A DNA stretch of 56,348 nt from a virus. Lineage: Duplodnaviria > Caudoviricetes. Position numbers and translations under genes: made by a program. Below, in pieces: positions 45,514 to 54,936 of this stretch. Where the stretch lies: the IMG/VR virus record IMGVR_UViG_3300032260_000005, positions 1 to 56,348 of that record. The stretch is one strand, 5' to 3'. The stretch's first letter is position 1. Every line of letters begins with the position of its first letter. Below the pieces are notes generated by a model. The model saw nothing but the letters and a program-made list of their open reading frames with translations. It made no database searches and had not been told where the DNA came from.

Positions 45514-47345
45514 TAATCAGTATCAGCCCCAGTAATAGGGTCTGCCGCCGCATCTGTGGTGAGGGTCTGTGTTCCAAGGCTTGTAGCGTCATCTGCCTCA
45601 GTTATGGTTAGTGTTGTGCCAGATATACTGACTTTATTAACCAGTTTAGCAATCGCTCCAAGCAATGACCTAAAAGACTTAGCATCTCCATCAGCACTAG
45701 CTGCTGCTGTAGCAAACGCTCTGCGCAGAACATGATCTGCAATCTTGTTGCCTCCAGCGTCTGTTACAGTCACTCCCGCAAGAATCGTATCTACATTGGT
45801 ATCAATAATGTCTTGCTTGGTTTCTGTGGCAAAGCCTGTAGCAGTTACCCAGTTCCCTTGGTTTCCTTGCAGCTCATTGGTATCAGCAAGTATCAAAGCA
45901 ACTTCACTAGCCTTTACTGAACTATCAGTGCCTAGTGGTGTGCCTGTGCGATTATCAGTCACCGTTGCAGCAATTCCAGTAATATCTACAGTAGCATCTG
46001 CGCCGTTTAGAATGATATCTCCGAAATTGCCGTTCAGCTCAATGGTATCGCCAGCCAAAATATTGTTGATAGTTACACTGCCATTGTGGCTCATTATACT
46101 GAGATGAGATCCGCCAAGAGAATTCATATCAAAGATCGAGGCTGTACCGTTTTCCTGGTAACAACGCTCTACTACATGATTGGCAGCAGCGCCTAAAGTA
46201 TACGTGCCAGTTAAGGCGCACCCTGTCAAATGACCAATACCTAGCTCTAAGTTACCAACATGACCCCCGTTTACATGCGCCTCGCCCGTGGGGCATGTTC
46301 CAACACCTGAAATAGTACTGAAATGATAAAAATGGGTCTTGCTTACATCGTTTCCAGCGCCAGACCCAATAACCAAAGTAGCACCTTGGCTATCCCATAC
46401 CTCCGAGGCATGAGCCTCGACAAATGTTATGGATGAATCGTTGCTTACTTTAAACTTAAACAGCCCGATAGATATAGCTATCGTTATGGCGTCAGCAAGA
46501 CTATCAACATCGTTTAGTTCTGTTCCATTTTCGTAATCATCAGTTCCAGCTGCTCCGTTTACGGTATTAATATGAACAAATCCATCTGTGTACCCACCAA
46601 ACTCTGAGAACAACTCCAGTCTATTTGCTGCACCTGCATCATTGCTGATGGAGTACATATCCGTTTCAGGTTTATTAGTAATTGACGATGTAGTGACCGC
46701 AGTTCCTAGCCAGGACCCTACATCAGCACGACCATTAGCATCAATATTGTATGTATTCGCTGGTGTAGTTGATCTTACAAGCTGAGCGTTGCCGTATGCT
46801 ACGTCGCTTACAATGGCGTAAGCATCCCCAGTCTGCGGGGTATGTCCTGTTAGTGTGCTAACAGTCGGTATCACAGCCCCAGTGTGGGTTACTGCTGCAA
46901 GAGTTGGGTTAACAGCAAGCGTTCCAGATGCAGGTAGGGCTGTCAATCCGCCTCTGACACCATCATACAAATCAATATCAGTAAGTACTACATGAATTGT
47001 GTGAGGAGCTAGATCGGCATAACCACTTAACTCGATTGTGGCGTAATCGACCCCTGTAGCAAGGATAGCGTCGGAAAAGTCTAACCTGTATTTACCCGGT
47101 GTATTTGCTGCTGAGACCTCCACAAAACCACCGTCTGAGTGCGCCCCTGTGACCGTCTGAGTGGCTAAAGTAAGCTGAACAGCTGCCGCTAAAGGTCTTA
47201 CATAGTAACAAACAAGTCCAGTTGAGTTATATACAAGGCCAGTTAGTGGATCTCCAGGGTTTGTACCTGAGTTATCCTGCAATAGATCAACGTAACATGT
47301 GAAGTCTGTTGTTGCCTTGGTAACGAATACTGTTTGCGAACTCAT
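45513..47345 (-). CDS. Probable structural/fibre protein
   Basis: 610 aa Thr/Ala/Gly-rich; HSDGGFVEV..NTPGKYRLD motif. Confidence 0.6.
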   Translation of the reverse strand: MSSQTVFVTKATTDFTCYVDLLQDNSGTNPGDPLTGLVYNSTGLVCYYVRPLAAAVQLTLATQTVTGAHSDGGFVEVSAANTPGKYRLDFSDAILATGVDYATIELSGYADLAPHTIHVVLTDIDLYDGVRGGLTALPASGTLAVNPTLAAVTHTGAVIPTVSTLTGHTPQTGDAYAIVSDVAYGNAQLVRSTTPANTYNIDANGRADVGSWLGTAVTTSSITNKPETDMYSISNDAGAANRLELFSEFGGYTDGFVHINTVNGAAGTDDYENGTELNDVDSLADAITIAISIGLFKFKVSNDSSITFVEAHASEVWDSQGATLVIGSGAGNDVSKTHFYHFSTISGVGTCPTGEAHVNGGHVGNLELGIGHLTGCALTGTYTLGAAANHVVERCYQENGTASIFDMNSLGGSHLSIMSHNGSVTINNILAGDTIELNGNFGDIILNGADATVDITGIAATVTDNRTGTPLGTDSSVKASEVALILADTNELQGNQGNWVTATGFATETKQDIIDTNVDTILAGVTVTDAGGNKIADHVLRRAFATAAASADGDAKSFRSLLGAIAKLVNKVSISGTTLTITEADDATSLGTQTLTTDAAADPITGADTD

Positions 47346-48142
47346 AAGCTATTAGCCTGATTTAATAAAAGAAGCCCATTGCCACCACCAGCTGCCGCCT
47401 GATAATAAGGGTTAAATATGAAACTTGATTTGATTAATGACATAGGGTTTTCGTGTATTTTTTTAACTTCATCTACACCTATATCATCAGCTATCAAAGC
47501 ATTTAGTGTGAACTTTCCAGAAAACCTATCTCCATTGCTTCTGGTTCCGCCAAGTGCAATATTGTTAACACCCGTAGTATTAAATGCCGCAGTATTACCA
47601 AGCAGCTCATGTTCTTGGTCTAGCATTACAGTAACATCATTATCTGAGTGAGCTATACAGGAAATAGCATGTAATCCTGAGGTTGGCGTTGAAATACTTG
47701 AAGTAATGTCAGCTACACCATGCTTTGTGAATCCTATAGCGCCTGTGCCTGGGTATTGTTCCGATTTCAATGACCAGCCGGTATTACCACCACCTGATTG
47801 TGAATAACTGAAAAGCGCCTGAGTTGATCCTGCGTTATTGTACTCACCAATAGTAATCACTGTGAATGGCGGTGATTTAAGCGCTGGCGCATGATCCCCT
47901 AAAGAGATCATATTTGCGCCATCAAAGTTTAGTGCGGATTCTCCATCAACATCAGAATGTGAATTGGTTAAAATTCCATAGCTTCCTCTGCATACTAAAT
48001 CAAAAACATCTCCACCACGCTCATTATGTAGAAACAATACTACTAAAGGGTATTTATCATAATGAGGCGCTACCTCTCCCTCTGGTTTAATCCCATCTAA
48101 TAAAGATGGTTCAAACAGCATATTGGTGATGAAATCATCCAT
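47342..48142 (-). CDS. LamG/concanavalin-A-like lectin domain protein
   Basis: ALNFDG, FTVI, HAIS, ALGG...RFSGK, EVKKIHENP. Confidence 0.7.
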   Translation of the reverse strand: MDDFITNMLFEPSLLDGIKPEGEVAPHYDKYPLVVLFLHNERGGDVFDLVCRGSYGILTNSHSDVDGESALNFDGANMISLGDHAPALKSPPFTVITIGEYNNAGSTQALFSYSQSGGGNTGWSLKSEQYPGTGAIGFTKHGVADITSSISTPTSGLHAISCIAHSDNDVTVMLDQEHELLGNTAAFNTTGVNNIALGGTRSNGDRFSGKFTLNALIADDIGVDEVKKIHENPMSLIKSSFIFNPYYQAAAGGGNGLLLLNQANSL

Positions 48143-48711
48143 TACTGATTTTGCGGAATAATAGAGTCGAATACGATGTGCATTTCTACATCATCAGAAT
48201 GTAAAGCTGGAGTGGTATTATTCACCACAACGAGTGAACCGTATTGCGTAGGAGGTGCAAACCTACCAATATACGCAACCTGGACAGTTGCTGTCGCATC
48301 ATCTGTTGCAATAAAAGAACCGATCTTAAGTAACTGCCTAACACTTTCTGCCACCGTTGAGCCTGTGGTTCCTGTATACGCAGCATCTGAGCCACTAACG
48401 CCTCCAGGGTTTCCGTTTGCTGCCGTTGCATCTGGAGATGCCGCCCAATACAGTGTTACTGTCTCACCAGCCACCACACCAGAGGCAAACTCTAAAGCAG
48501 CCATCACTGTAAAGGCTGGCGCTCTTGTAGATCCTAGGTCTATTTTTGCGCTCTGTCTAGCAGCGGCGGCAGCTACGCTGGCAAGCGATAGCTGCACATT
48601 TGTCGGTGTACCCTGCTCCAAGCTAGTTGCAGCAGCAGGGCTAAAGTCTCCGGCATGGTCGGCAAAGCTAAACTGTGTGCCAACGGTTAATAGAAAATCC
48701 CCGGCTGCCAT
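48142..48711 (-). CDS. Hypothetical structural protein
   Basis: 189 aa Ala-rich beta protein. Confidence 0.6.
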   Translation of the reverse strand: MAAGDFLLTVGTQFSFADHAGDFSPAAATSLEQGTPTNVQLSLASVAAAAARQSAKIDLGSTRAPAFTVMAALEFASGVVAGETVTLYWAASPDATAANGNPGGVSGSDAAYTGTTGSTVAESVRQLLKIGSFIATDDATATVQVAYIGRFAPPTQYGSLVVVNNTTPALHSDDVEMHIVFDSIIPQNQ

Positions 48712-49126
48712 TAGAGCGCCCTCGCTTTAGTTATTTCAATGAGTGTAGGCTTGGTATTTAATTCAGCCTCCCATCTCTCGATATCTTCATAAGAAAACGC
48801 TAGTAAATCATTGCGCTCATCTGCTCCAGCCTTATACACCGCAATATCGGTGTCATCCACTGAGAATGTCATGATATAGTAATCTGTTGACAGACCGTAT
48901 ACTAAATTTCCACTGTCTGTTACATCATGTATATCTGAGCACATAATGAAATCCCCTGCTACAGGGGGGTAGTTGCGGCAAGCGCCGCCTCTATTGAGGG
49001 GTAATATTCTGCGGTAGTTGTAAAGGTGGTATCCCAGTCACCTGTTTGCTGTGAGGCATACCTGCCCTGGTCGCCTGTTCCGGTTCCAGTCCCGTCTGCA
49101 TGCGTTCTAACGTAATACCAAGCCAT
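48711..49126 (-). pseudogene. Gene split by a 1-nt frameshift in a C6 run (55-aa ORF 48959-49126 plus 77-aa ORF 48711-48944)
   Basis: One extra C at 48964-48969 gives continuous ...AALAATTPPVAGDFIMCSDIHD... Confidence 0.55.
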
Positions 49127-49160
49127 TGTTCAGCCCATCTACTTAAGTAAATTGATTCTG

Positions 49161-49180
49161 TATCATTTTAGCACATAAAC
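49161..49180 (-). promoter_or_regulatory. Candidate late promoter (extended -10)
   Basis: TTATGTGCTAAAATGATA on - strand; copy at 35097. Confidence 0.5.
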
Positions 49181-49209
49181 CAATATCCTTATACCAGTCC
49201 ATTCTGTTT

Positions 49210-49308
49210 TTGCCTGCCGAATATCCCGCAATCAGCACAACAGTTAAGGCTTGAGGCTGATTTAATACCTGAGTAATTCAGTCGAGTGCCGAATATTACC
49301 TGTTAGGC
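49210..49308 (+). repeat. Candidate attI-like site heading array A
   Basis: Inverted copy of 10267-10363; internal direct repeat TGCCGAATAT (49215, 49287); ends in GTTAGGC. Confidence 0.65.
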
Positions 49309-50274
49309 CGCACTAATCCTATCCTGTGCAATCTTGAAATACTGCTCATCGAGTTCTATTCCAATAAAGCGGCGGTTTAGATTCTTGCAGGCCACACCTG
49401 TGGTTCCGCTGCCCATTGTGAAATCGCATACCGTATCGCCTTCGTTGGTATAGGTGTTGATCAAGTCCTCAATTAATGCTACCGGCTTCTGTGTTGGGTG
49501 CAACCCGGTATAATCTTTTTTGTATTCCAGCACATTGCTTTTGTATTTCTCGCCATCTGGCAAATTAAACACTTTAGGGCTTGCTGCCGTCATCTTTTCT
49601 ATTAAGTCAAACCTGTATGCCTTGTCCTCCTTGGTTAAATCAGCAAACTCTCTAAATCCGCTCATGCAATCTATCTTATATAGCCCTACCAGCTCGCTGT
49701 AGGTTTTCTCTGTACACATATTAAACTGTGAGGTTTCGTGCCTCATAAAGTGGCACAGCCCTTGGTGCCTCATATCTGAAAACACCTCTTTTTTCTTTTT
49801 ACCTATAAACTCGCATATAGCTTTTGCGTATGGGCGCAGAGGGTGAAAGCCTTCAAAATCGTGCTTGGTATGCTTTTTGAAGAAGAGGCATATATCCTCT
49901 GTGTAATTCACTGGCGCTTTGTTTACTACCAGGGAGTTGGCAAAATGATCTTTAAGCCACACTAGCCTATAGCTAAAAGGCACATTATTGTGGGCTTCGC
50001 ATATCATCCTGCTTGTGAATGGCTCCTGGCTAAATATCGCCATCGCTCCATTAACCCGTATAACACGGTTGCACTCTTCGTTAATCTCTTTCTGTGGTAG
50101 GCATTCATCCCACTCTGATTCTGCCAGCCTTTTATATCGCGGCTCACTTGCACCCATTCCACCCGCTGTACCATATGGTGGGTCAGTCAATATCATATCA
50201 ACCGATCCATCTGGTATTTCTTTCATCATCTCAAGGCAATCGCCCTGCATTAGCTTTATCATAGTGGTTTCCAT
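49303..50274 (-). CDS. DNA N6-adenine/N4-cytosine methyltransferase (beta class), carried as a cassette
   Basis: GDCLE, TDPPYG, HPTQKPVAL, DFTMGSGTTG, FIGIELD. Confidence 0.92.
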   Translation of the reverse strand: METTMIKLMQGDCLEMMKEIPDGSVDMILTDPPYGTAGGMGASEPRYKRLAESEWDECLPQKEINEECNRVIRVNGAMAIFSQEPFTSRMICEAHNNVPFSYRLVWLKDHFANSLVVNKAPVNYTEDICLFFKKHTKHDFEGFHPLRPYAKAICEFIGKKKKEVFSDMRHQGLCHFMRHETSQFNMCTEKTYSELVGLYKIDCMSGFREFADLTKEDKAYRFDLIEKMTAASPKVFNLPDGEKYKSNVLEYKKDYTGLHPTQKPVALIEDLINTYTNEGDTVCDFTMGSGTTGVACKNLNRRFIGIELDEQYFKIAQDRISAA

Positions 50275-50291
50275 AGTTCAGTGTAGGTTCG

Positions 50292-50354
50292 GCCTAACCA
50301 GGCAAATCAACGCGGACAGCAAAAAGCGTTGCCGGTTATTTGCGGATGTTATGT
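50292..50354 (+). repeat. attC-like site (63 nt)
   Basis: GCCTAAC, AAATCAAC ... GTTATTT, GTTATGT; CGGCCTAAC complements GTTAGGCCG at 49302. Confidence 0.92.
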
Positions 50355-50543
50355 GTCTTTAATTATCCGCTCAATATCGCTAGGTTTTAGTTGCTGACGC
50401 CATTTTGGCTTCCAGTCTTCGTGCCATTTTTTTACTTCTCTAGTGACGCTATTAAAAATAACGACCGATACGCAGCCGCTTATTTTATAAAAATACAGCA
50501 CACCATCAACAGTTATTTCCTTTCGCCCTTTCTTGGGTAGCAT
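50349..50543 (-). CDS. Cassette ORF, hypothetical protein
   Basis: 64 aa, AAGGAGG RBS, stop at crossover. Confidence 0.75.
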   Translation of the reverse strand: MLPKKGRKEITVDGVLYFYKISGCVSVVIFNSVTREVKKWHEDWKPKWRQQLKPSDIERIIKDT

Positions 50544-50563
50544 TCGCCAACCTCCTTAGTTAC

Positions 50564-50686
50564 ACATAACAAGCCAATTAAAGCTGACTTGCTACCGCGT
50601 AGTTTAATTTAAAGTTTCTAGTGTTCGTTTTGTTTCAGTGTTTCCAGCGTCATCAATTCGCAAGCAGTTTATTGGTGTCGTTATGC
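50564..50686 (+). repeat. attC-like site
   Basis: ACATAAC, CAATTAAA ... TTTATTG, GTTATGC; ACACATAAC complements GTTATGTGT at 50348. Confidence 0.85.
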
Positions 50687-50687
50687 C

Positions 50688-50870
50688 TCACCAGCTCTCT
50701 GCTTTATCTGGCCTCTTGGTGTGCGGCACAAATTCAATATAATGCTCGCAACCGTCCTCTGTAGGTTTAAAAATAGCCCAGCTCTGCCAATAGCTAGGCT
50801 CAGCTTTTGCTCTATAGCATCTATCTCTAATTGAGCACTTTTGGTTGTCGCACATAGTAATCTCAGGCAC
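50688..50870 (-). CDS. Small Cys-rich hypothetical phage protein
   Basis: MPEITMC...C..RDRCYR ... CEHY; GGAGG RBS. Confidence 0.65.
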   Translation of the reverse strand: MPEITMCDNQKCSIRDRCYRAKAEPSYWQSWAIFKPTEDGCEHYIEFVPHTKRPDKAESW

Positions 50871-50933
50871 GCCCCCATGTCCTCCATTCGCTATCTGCTG
50901 TTTTTGGACTATCAGTTAAAACGATATTAATCA

Positions 50934-51143
50934 TCATCCCGCTCTCCTTATCTTCTCTATCTGGTTTTTTCGGTAAAAAAATTTAATAGATAAATACTCT
51001 TTAATTATCTTCTCTAATGCTTCACCTGTCATTTCTACAACATCTTCTACATCATTCTTATACCAATCTATCAAATCATCATAATCAGCCTTTAGCCGTT
51101 TAGACATATATTTGATTCTTTTCTCAAACTCTTGGTTTTGCAT
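50934..51143 (-). CDS. Hypothetical protein
   Basis: 69 aa, coupled to primase-domain gene. Confidence 0.55.
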   Translation of the reverse strand: MQNQEFEKRIKYMSKRLKADYDDLIDWYKNDVEDVVEMTGEALEKIIKEYLSIKFFYRKNQIEKIRRAG

Positions 51144-51630
51144 ATAGCACCTTTATTAGTTTGAATATTTCCCTTGCCGCTTCTATCTCCCTGTCCCAGT
51201 GCTCTTTTGGGTAGCTTTTATCGTTGCTCCTAGCAAACAATACTTGCTGCAACACGGTCATTTCGTGCGATAACTTCTTTTCTAGTTTGATTGCTTCAGC
51301 TTGTCTTGCATACTCTCTTGATCTGGCTTTAGCCTCTGGGCTTGCATCGGGCTTAACACCTAGAAACTCGGCAACCTCTTTAAATGCAATTGACGTACTC
51401 CACCCGTTTACATGGCTTAATAGATCAAATACATCGCCTGTAGAGTATTCGCCACCGCCACCGCAATGGTAGCACTCTTTTTGCTTGTCATATCTGAACC
51501 TGTCATCACCACCGCAACCAGGGCAAGGGCAATGTTTGCCTGTTAAGTATTCAGCGGCCACACCTAAGCCTATTAATATCATTTCTGATTTTCCGTTTGC
51601 TGCAAACTTTACATCTTTAAATTCAAGCAT
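51124..51630 (-). CDS. Primase-helicase Zn-binding-domain protein (P4 alpha-like N-terminus only)
   Basis: HCPCPGCGGDDRFRY ... HCGG ... GDVFDLL; too short for a TOPRIM domain. Confidence 0.8.
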   Translation of the reverse strand: MLEFKDVKFAANGKSEMILIGLGVAAEYLTGKHCPCPGCGGDDRFRYDKQKECYHCGGGGEYSTGDVFDLLSHVNGWSTSIAFKEVAEFLGVKPDASPEAKARSREYARQAEAIKLEKKLSHEMTVLQQVLFARSNDKSYPKEHWDREIEAAREIFKLIKVLYAKPRV

Positions 51631-53123
51631 TATCTTGTTTCAGCCATAAAATCAGCCGTCATCATTTGCCACTGTCCACCCTTTGGCAACCTATCAAGTC
51701 CTTTTGGCCATACGCCTGTTTTTTGTTTATATATATGAGCTGCTGCTCCAACCTTGCAATTTCTATATTTTGCGGTCCATAACGCATCATTCCATATCTT
51801 TTGCTTTTGCTCTGGATCCATCTTTTTAGGCTTAACTCTCTTTAGGTCCGCTTCATGAAACTCTAACTTCTCCCCCTTTTTGACATTTTGATGTCCGCAC
51901 CATGGGCAAATATGCGAAGCCTGATAAATTCTTTTGCATTGCTTGCACTCAATATCCTTCTTTTCTTTCTTTTCCTGTTTCCTCTGTTCAACGCGGTCCT
52001 GTATTTTTTCAACAGCATCAAGGGACCAGTCATTAATATACTCAACTGCGCCCATACATGGATCCATAGTCATGCCGCCATGGTCAATTACATTTGCATG
52101 GTCCTGACCTTCGTATGGCCTTAATACTCTTCCCACTGCTTGCATCCATTTAGATACGCTTTTTGTCGCTGTTGCCATTACAACAGTTTGAAGCCTTGGA
52201 ATATCAGTCCCCATTGAAACTATACCCACTTGGCATACAATAAGGATCCTGCCACTTGCCAGGCCGTCAAATACTTCTTTTCTGTCTTCATCCTCTGTAT
52301 TAGCGTCAATATAAGCCGCTGCAAACCCTGCTGCTATAAACTCATCAACTAGGTGCTGTGCGTTTGCACGGGTTGGTGTAAACACTACAGTCGTTGTGTT
52401 TTTTGCAATTTTTATCCAGTTCTTTACGACATCACCAACAATTTCACCATCATAGACTTCACCTAATTGCTTCTGGTTGTACTCACCTGCTGTAGTTTTT
52501 ACCTGTGATAAGTCAGGTTTAGGGGCTGAGTAATAGTGTGGCTGAAGTAAATACCCATCTTTTATTAGGTCCACCATCTCAATAGGTATTACTAGATCAT
52601 CAAAAATGGATCCCAGCCCACCACCACCACTTACGCATGGTGTGGCCGTCATCCCAAGCACCAACTTATTATCTCCCCACACTCCATCCAGGATGTCGGT
52701 GATAAATTTTCCTCTTACCTTAGCAGCGTAGGTATGTCCCTCATCAGCAATTATGAGTGAGCAGCCTTTAATTGCATGCTCTGCCTTGCTGTTATTACGT
52801 TTCAATTGAGAGGTGACAGAATCAATGCTGGCTATTGTTATCCTATGTGGCCTGTATTGCACTCCTGACATAAGGATTCCACAGTCAAGACCCTTTGCTT
52901 TGAATGAATCTAGAGTTTGGAAAACTAAATTCCGTCGTGGTGCTAGAAATAGTATTTTATTCCCCTTAGCAAGGGCGGTCCGGCATATATCCGATGCCTG
53001 GGCAGTCTTACCATACCCTGTAGGGGCAACAAGGCATGGGGCGCGATTGCCAGCCTTGTATGATTCGATAATCTCTATTCGTGCGGTTTTTTGGTAAGGT
53101 CTTAATTCAAATTCCGTATCCAT
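51630..53123 (-). CDS. Superfamily 2 DNA helicase with C-terminal Zn ribbon
   Basis: LRPYQ, APTGYGKT, ADEGH, GMTATP, QAVGRVLR, CKQC...CPWC. Confidence 0.92.
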   Translation of the reverse strand: MDTEFELRPYQKTARIEIIESYKAGNRAPCLVAPTGYGKTAQASDICRTALAKGNKILFLAPRRNLVFQTLDSFKAKGLDCGILMSGVQYRPHRITIASIDSVTSQLKRNNSKAEHAIKGCSLIIADEGHTYAAKVRGKFITDILDGVWGDNKLVLGMTATPCVSGGGGLGSIFDDLVIPIEMVDLIKDGYLLQPHYYSAPKPDLSQVKTTAGEYNQKQLGEVYDGEIVGDVVKNWIKIAKNTTTVVFTPTRANAQHLVDEFIAAGFAAAYIDANTEDEDRKEVFDGLASGRILIVCQVGIVSMGTDIPRLQTVVMATATKSVSKWMQAVGRVLRPYEGQDHANVIDHGGMTMDPCMGAVEYINDWSLDAVEKIQDRVEQRKQEKKEKKDIECKQCKRIYQASHICPWCGHQNVKKGEKLEFHEADLKRVKPKKMDPEQKQKIWNDALWTAKYRNCKVGAAAHIYKQKTGVWPKGLDRLPKGGQWQMMTADFMAETR

Positions 53124-53584
53124 GTTTGCCTCCTCTTGTCGGATTCCTGGCCAAGCTCAGCCTAGCCCTAGTAAAAGGGTGGCGGAGCCTAATATCACGA
53201 AATCACTTATCTGGAATTTAATGCTAGCAAAGCCTGCTTTTCACACAGAACAATTACTATTTAGGCATTTCTCGCCGCCGGTCTTTAGAGTTCCCGTAGG
53301 AGCCTTATAGCGATACTGTCCACATTAATAACCATATTCTCAAGACCTTTCGTGTTCGCTCGATCTCTTGCGCTATGAGAAGCCCAACGGTAACGCAAAT
53401 ATGGATTATCCCGCTGTCATGGTAGACCAACAATAATCCACAATAAGACGCGGTTGAACAAATTAAGAGAAATGGTTTATAATCTGGTTATGGCTTGTCG
53501 CCAATGTTGAACCGATTGCCTTCTCTCTATAAATCTGTTCGACTAGGTACTGAATATACCGCGTCGATAAGCTAATGCTACACT

Positions 53585-53623
53585 AACCCCGCGATGGTTT
53601 CAAACTGTTGCGGGGTTTTTTAT
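53585..53623 (+). terminator. Intrinsic terminator
   Basis: AACCCCGCGATGG / CTGTTGCGGGGTT stem followed by T-tract. Confidence 0.7.
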
Positions 53624-53782
53624 TCTCTAATCACCTTCAATGCAATTTACCACCCCACTTAGCCTGTGAGTCGTTGTAAAACGGCACATTAGGCGGGAAC
53701 CTATAGAAGCCCATAGAAGCCACCAGATAGCCGGTCTTGGCCGGGTCACGGATGCCTGGCGCCTGCAGTTCAGTTAGTTTTT

Positions 53783-54013
53783 TCATTTCTCATCATATCG
53801 ATAAAATGCTTTATTCTGCTGGGCCATTAAAAAATGGTTAACCTTCTGCCCAACCTGAGTACCTGTCATTTCTGGGTATCTCTTTGAGTTTCTACCCTTG
53901 TATTTAACCCTGAATTTTCCAGGCCGCTCCGCTTGAGGTAGATGCAAAGTAGATGATTCGCCAGTCCATCTATCCTTCATCATAACAACAAACCTATGGT
54001 CTTCGCGCGGCAT
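53783..54013 (-). CDS. Hypothetical basic protein
   Basis: 76 aa, GGAGG RBS. Confidence 0.6.
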   Translation of the reverse strand: MPREDHRFVVMMKDRWTGESSTLHLPQAERPGKFRVKYKGRNSKRYPEMTGTQVGQKVNHFLMAQQNKAFYRYDEK

Positions 54014-54085
54014 CTTTTCGCCCCTCCATGCCTGGTTTTTATAAGGCTATCAACTTGTTATAAATAGTTACGTTTAAACGCATGC

Positions 54086-54106
54086 AGGATATTACATGTT
54101 AGGCCG
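54086..54106 (+). repeat. Third attI-like core heading array B
   Basis: GGATATTACATGTTAGGCCG vs GAATATTACCTGTTAGGCCG at 49291; GTTAGGCC complements GGCCTAAC at 54515. Confidence 0.5.
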
Positions 54107-54139
54107 CACAACCATAAGCCGTGCGGCCAGCCAGTTCAG

Positions 54140-54478
54140 CTACTCGACCTCGTTGATTTTTGATAAAGCCTCTGCCAACTCATCTTCGTAGTAGGTTTTA
54201 TCACCCACCTCAATAGTCTTGCGCTCTTTTGGTTTCATCCACTCAATATCGATCTCCGTGTGAGGCTGGTCTTCAAACCAGCTAGAGGTTGGACTATCGG
54301 TATAACTAATACGCCCATCAGAATGTCCATATAGATAAAGTGCATTTGGAAATTGAACTGTTGTTCCATCTACCCATTCGTACCCGAGCTTAAACAACCG
54401 CTTCTGGATAGCTTTGCATAGTGATGGGTTGTTACCAATATTGAATTTCATTGCTTTAAATGTTTTGTTCATTTTCAT
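54140..54478 (-). CDS. Cassette ORF, hypothetical phage protein
   Basis: IQKRLFKLGYEW motif common in phage proteins. Confidence 0.7.
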   Translation of the reverse strand: MKMNKTFKAMKFNIGNNPSLCKAIQKRLFKLGYEWVDGTTVQFPNALYLYGHSDGRISYTDSPTSSWFEDQPHTEIDIEWMKPKERKTIEVGDKTYYEDELAEALSKINEVE

Positions 54479-54515
54479 CTCCGTTGGTGGTACATCTAGT
54501 TTAGTGTCGGTACTG

Positions 54516-54575
54516 GCCTAACAAAACGCTGCACCAGACACTCGCTTCGCTCGTGCAGTGAGCTAAGTGTTAGGC
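54516..54575 (+). repeat. attC-like site (60 nt, classical short type)
   Basis: GCCTAAC AAAAC GCTGCAC ... GTGAGC TAAGT GTTAGGC. Confidence 0.9.
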
Positions 54576-54595
54576 CGCACACTCTACCAGCTGTG

Positions 54596-54886
54596 CTACA
54601 TGTGCAGCATATGAATAACTGCGAGTAATGAATAAGCACCAGTGGCGAATGCAAGCAGTACCAAATAAACACCGGCGATATATTTAATCGCAATAAAAAG
54701 CATCAGTATTAACGTCAGCTTTATAGTCATTAGGCCAGTATACCCTGCATTTTCAATCACCCACCACGCAATTGGATTAGCCTCCTCGTATCCTATTTGT
54801 ATAGCGTTTGCTGTTGCATATACGTCAAACGCATTTGTTATGAGCAACAACAATATTAGAATTTTAGCCATATTAATCTGTTTCAT
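54596..54886 (-). CDS. DUF5658-like membrane protein
   Basis: FDVYAT ... EEANPI ... K, three TM segments. Confidence 0.7.
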   Translation of the reverse strand: MKQINMAKILILLLLITNAFDVYATANAIQIGYEEANPIAWWVIENAGYTGLMTIKLTLILMLFIAIKYIAGVYLVLLAFATGAYSLLAVIHMLHM

Positions 54887-54936
54887 ATCTCCTCCGTATA
54901 AGGCCGCGCAAGTCGAAACCTGCGCGGCCTTGCGTC

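Larger units (their letters stand above)
49302..50686 (+). mobile_element. attC gene-cassette array A (2 cassettes)
   Basis: attI-like site, MTase, attC, ORF, attC; 9-bp R'/R'' complementarity for both cassettes. Confidence 0.8.
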
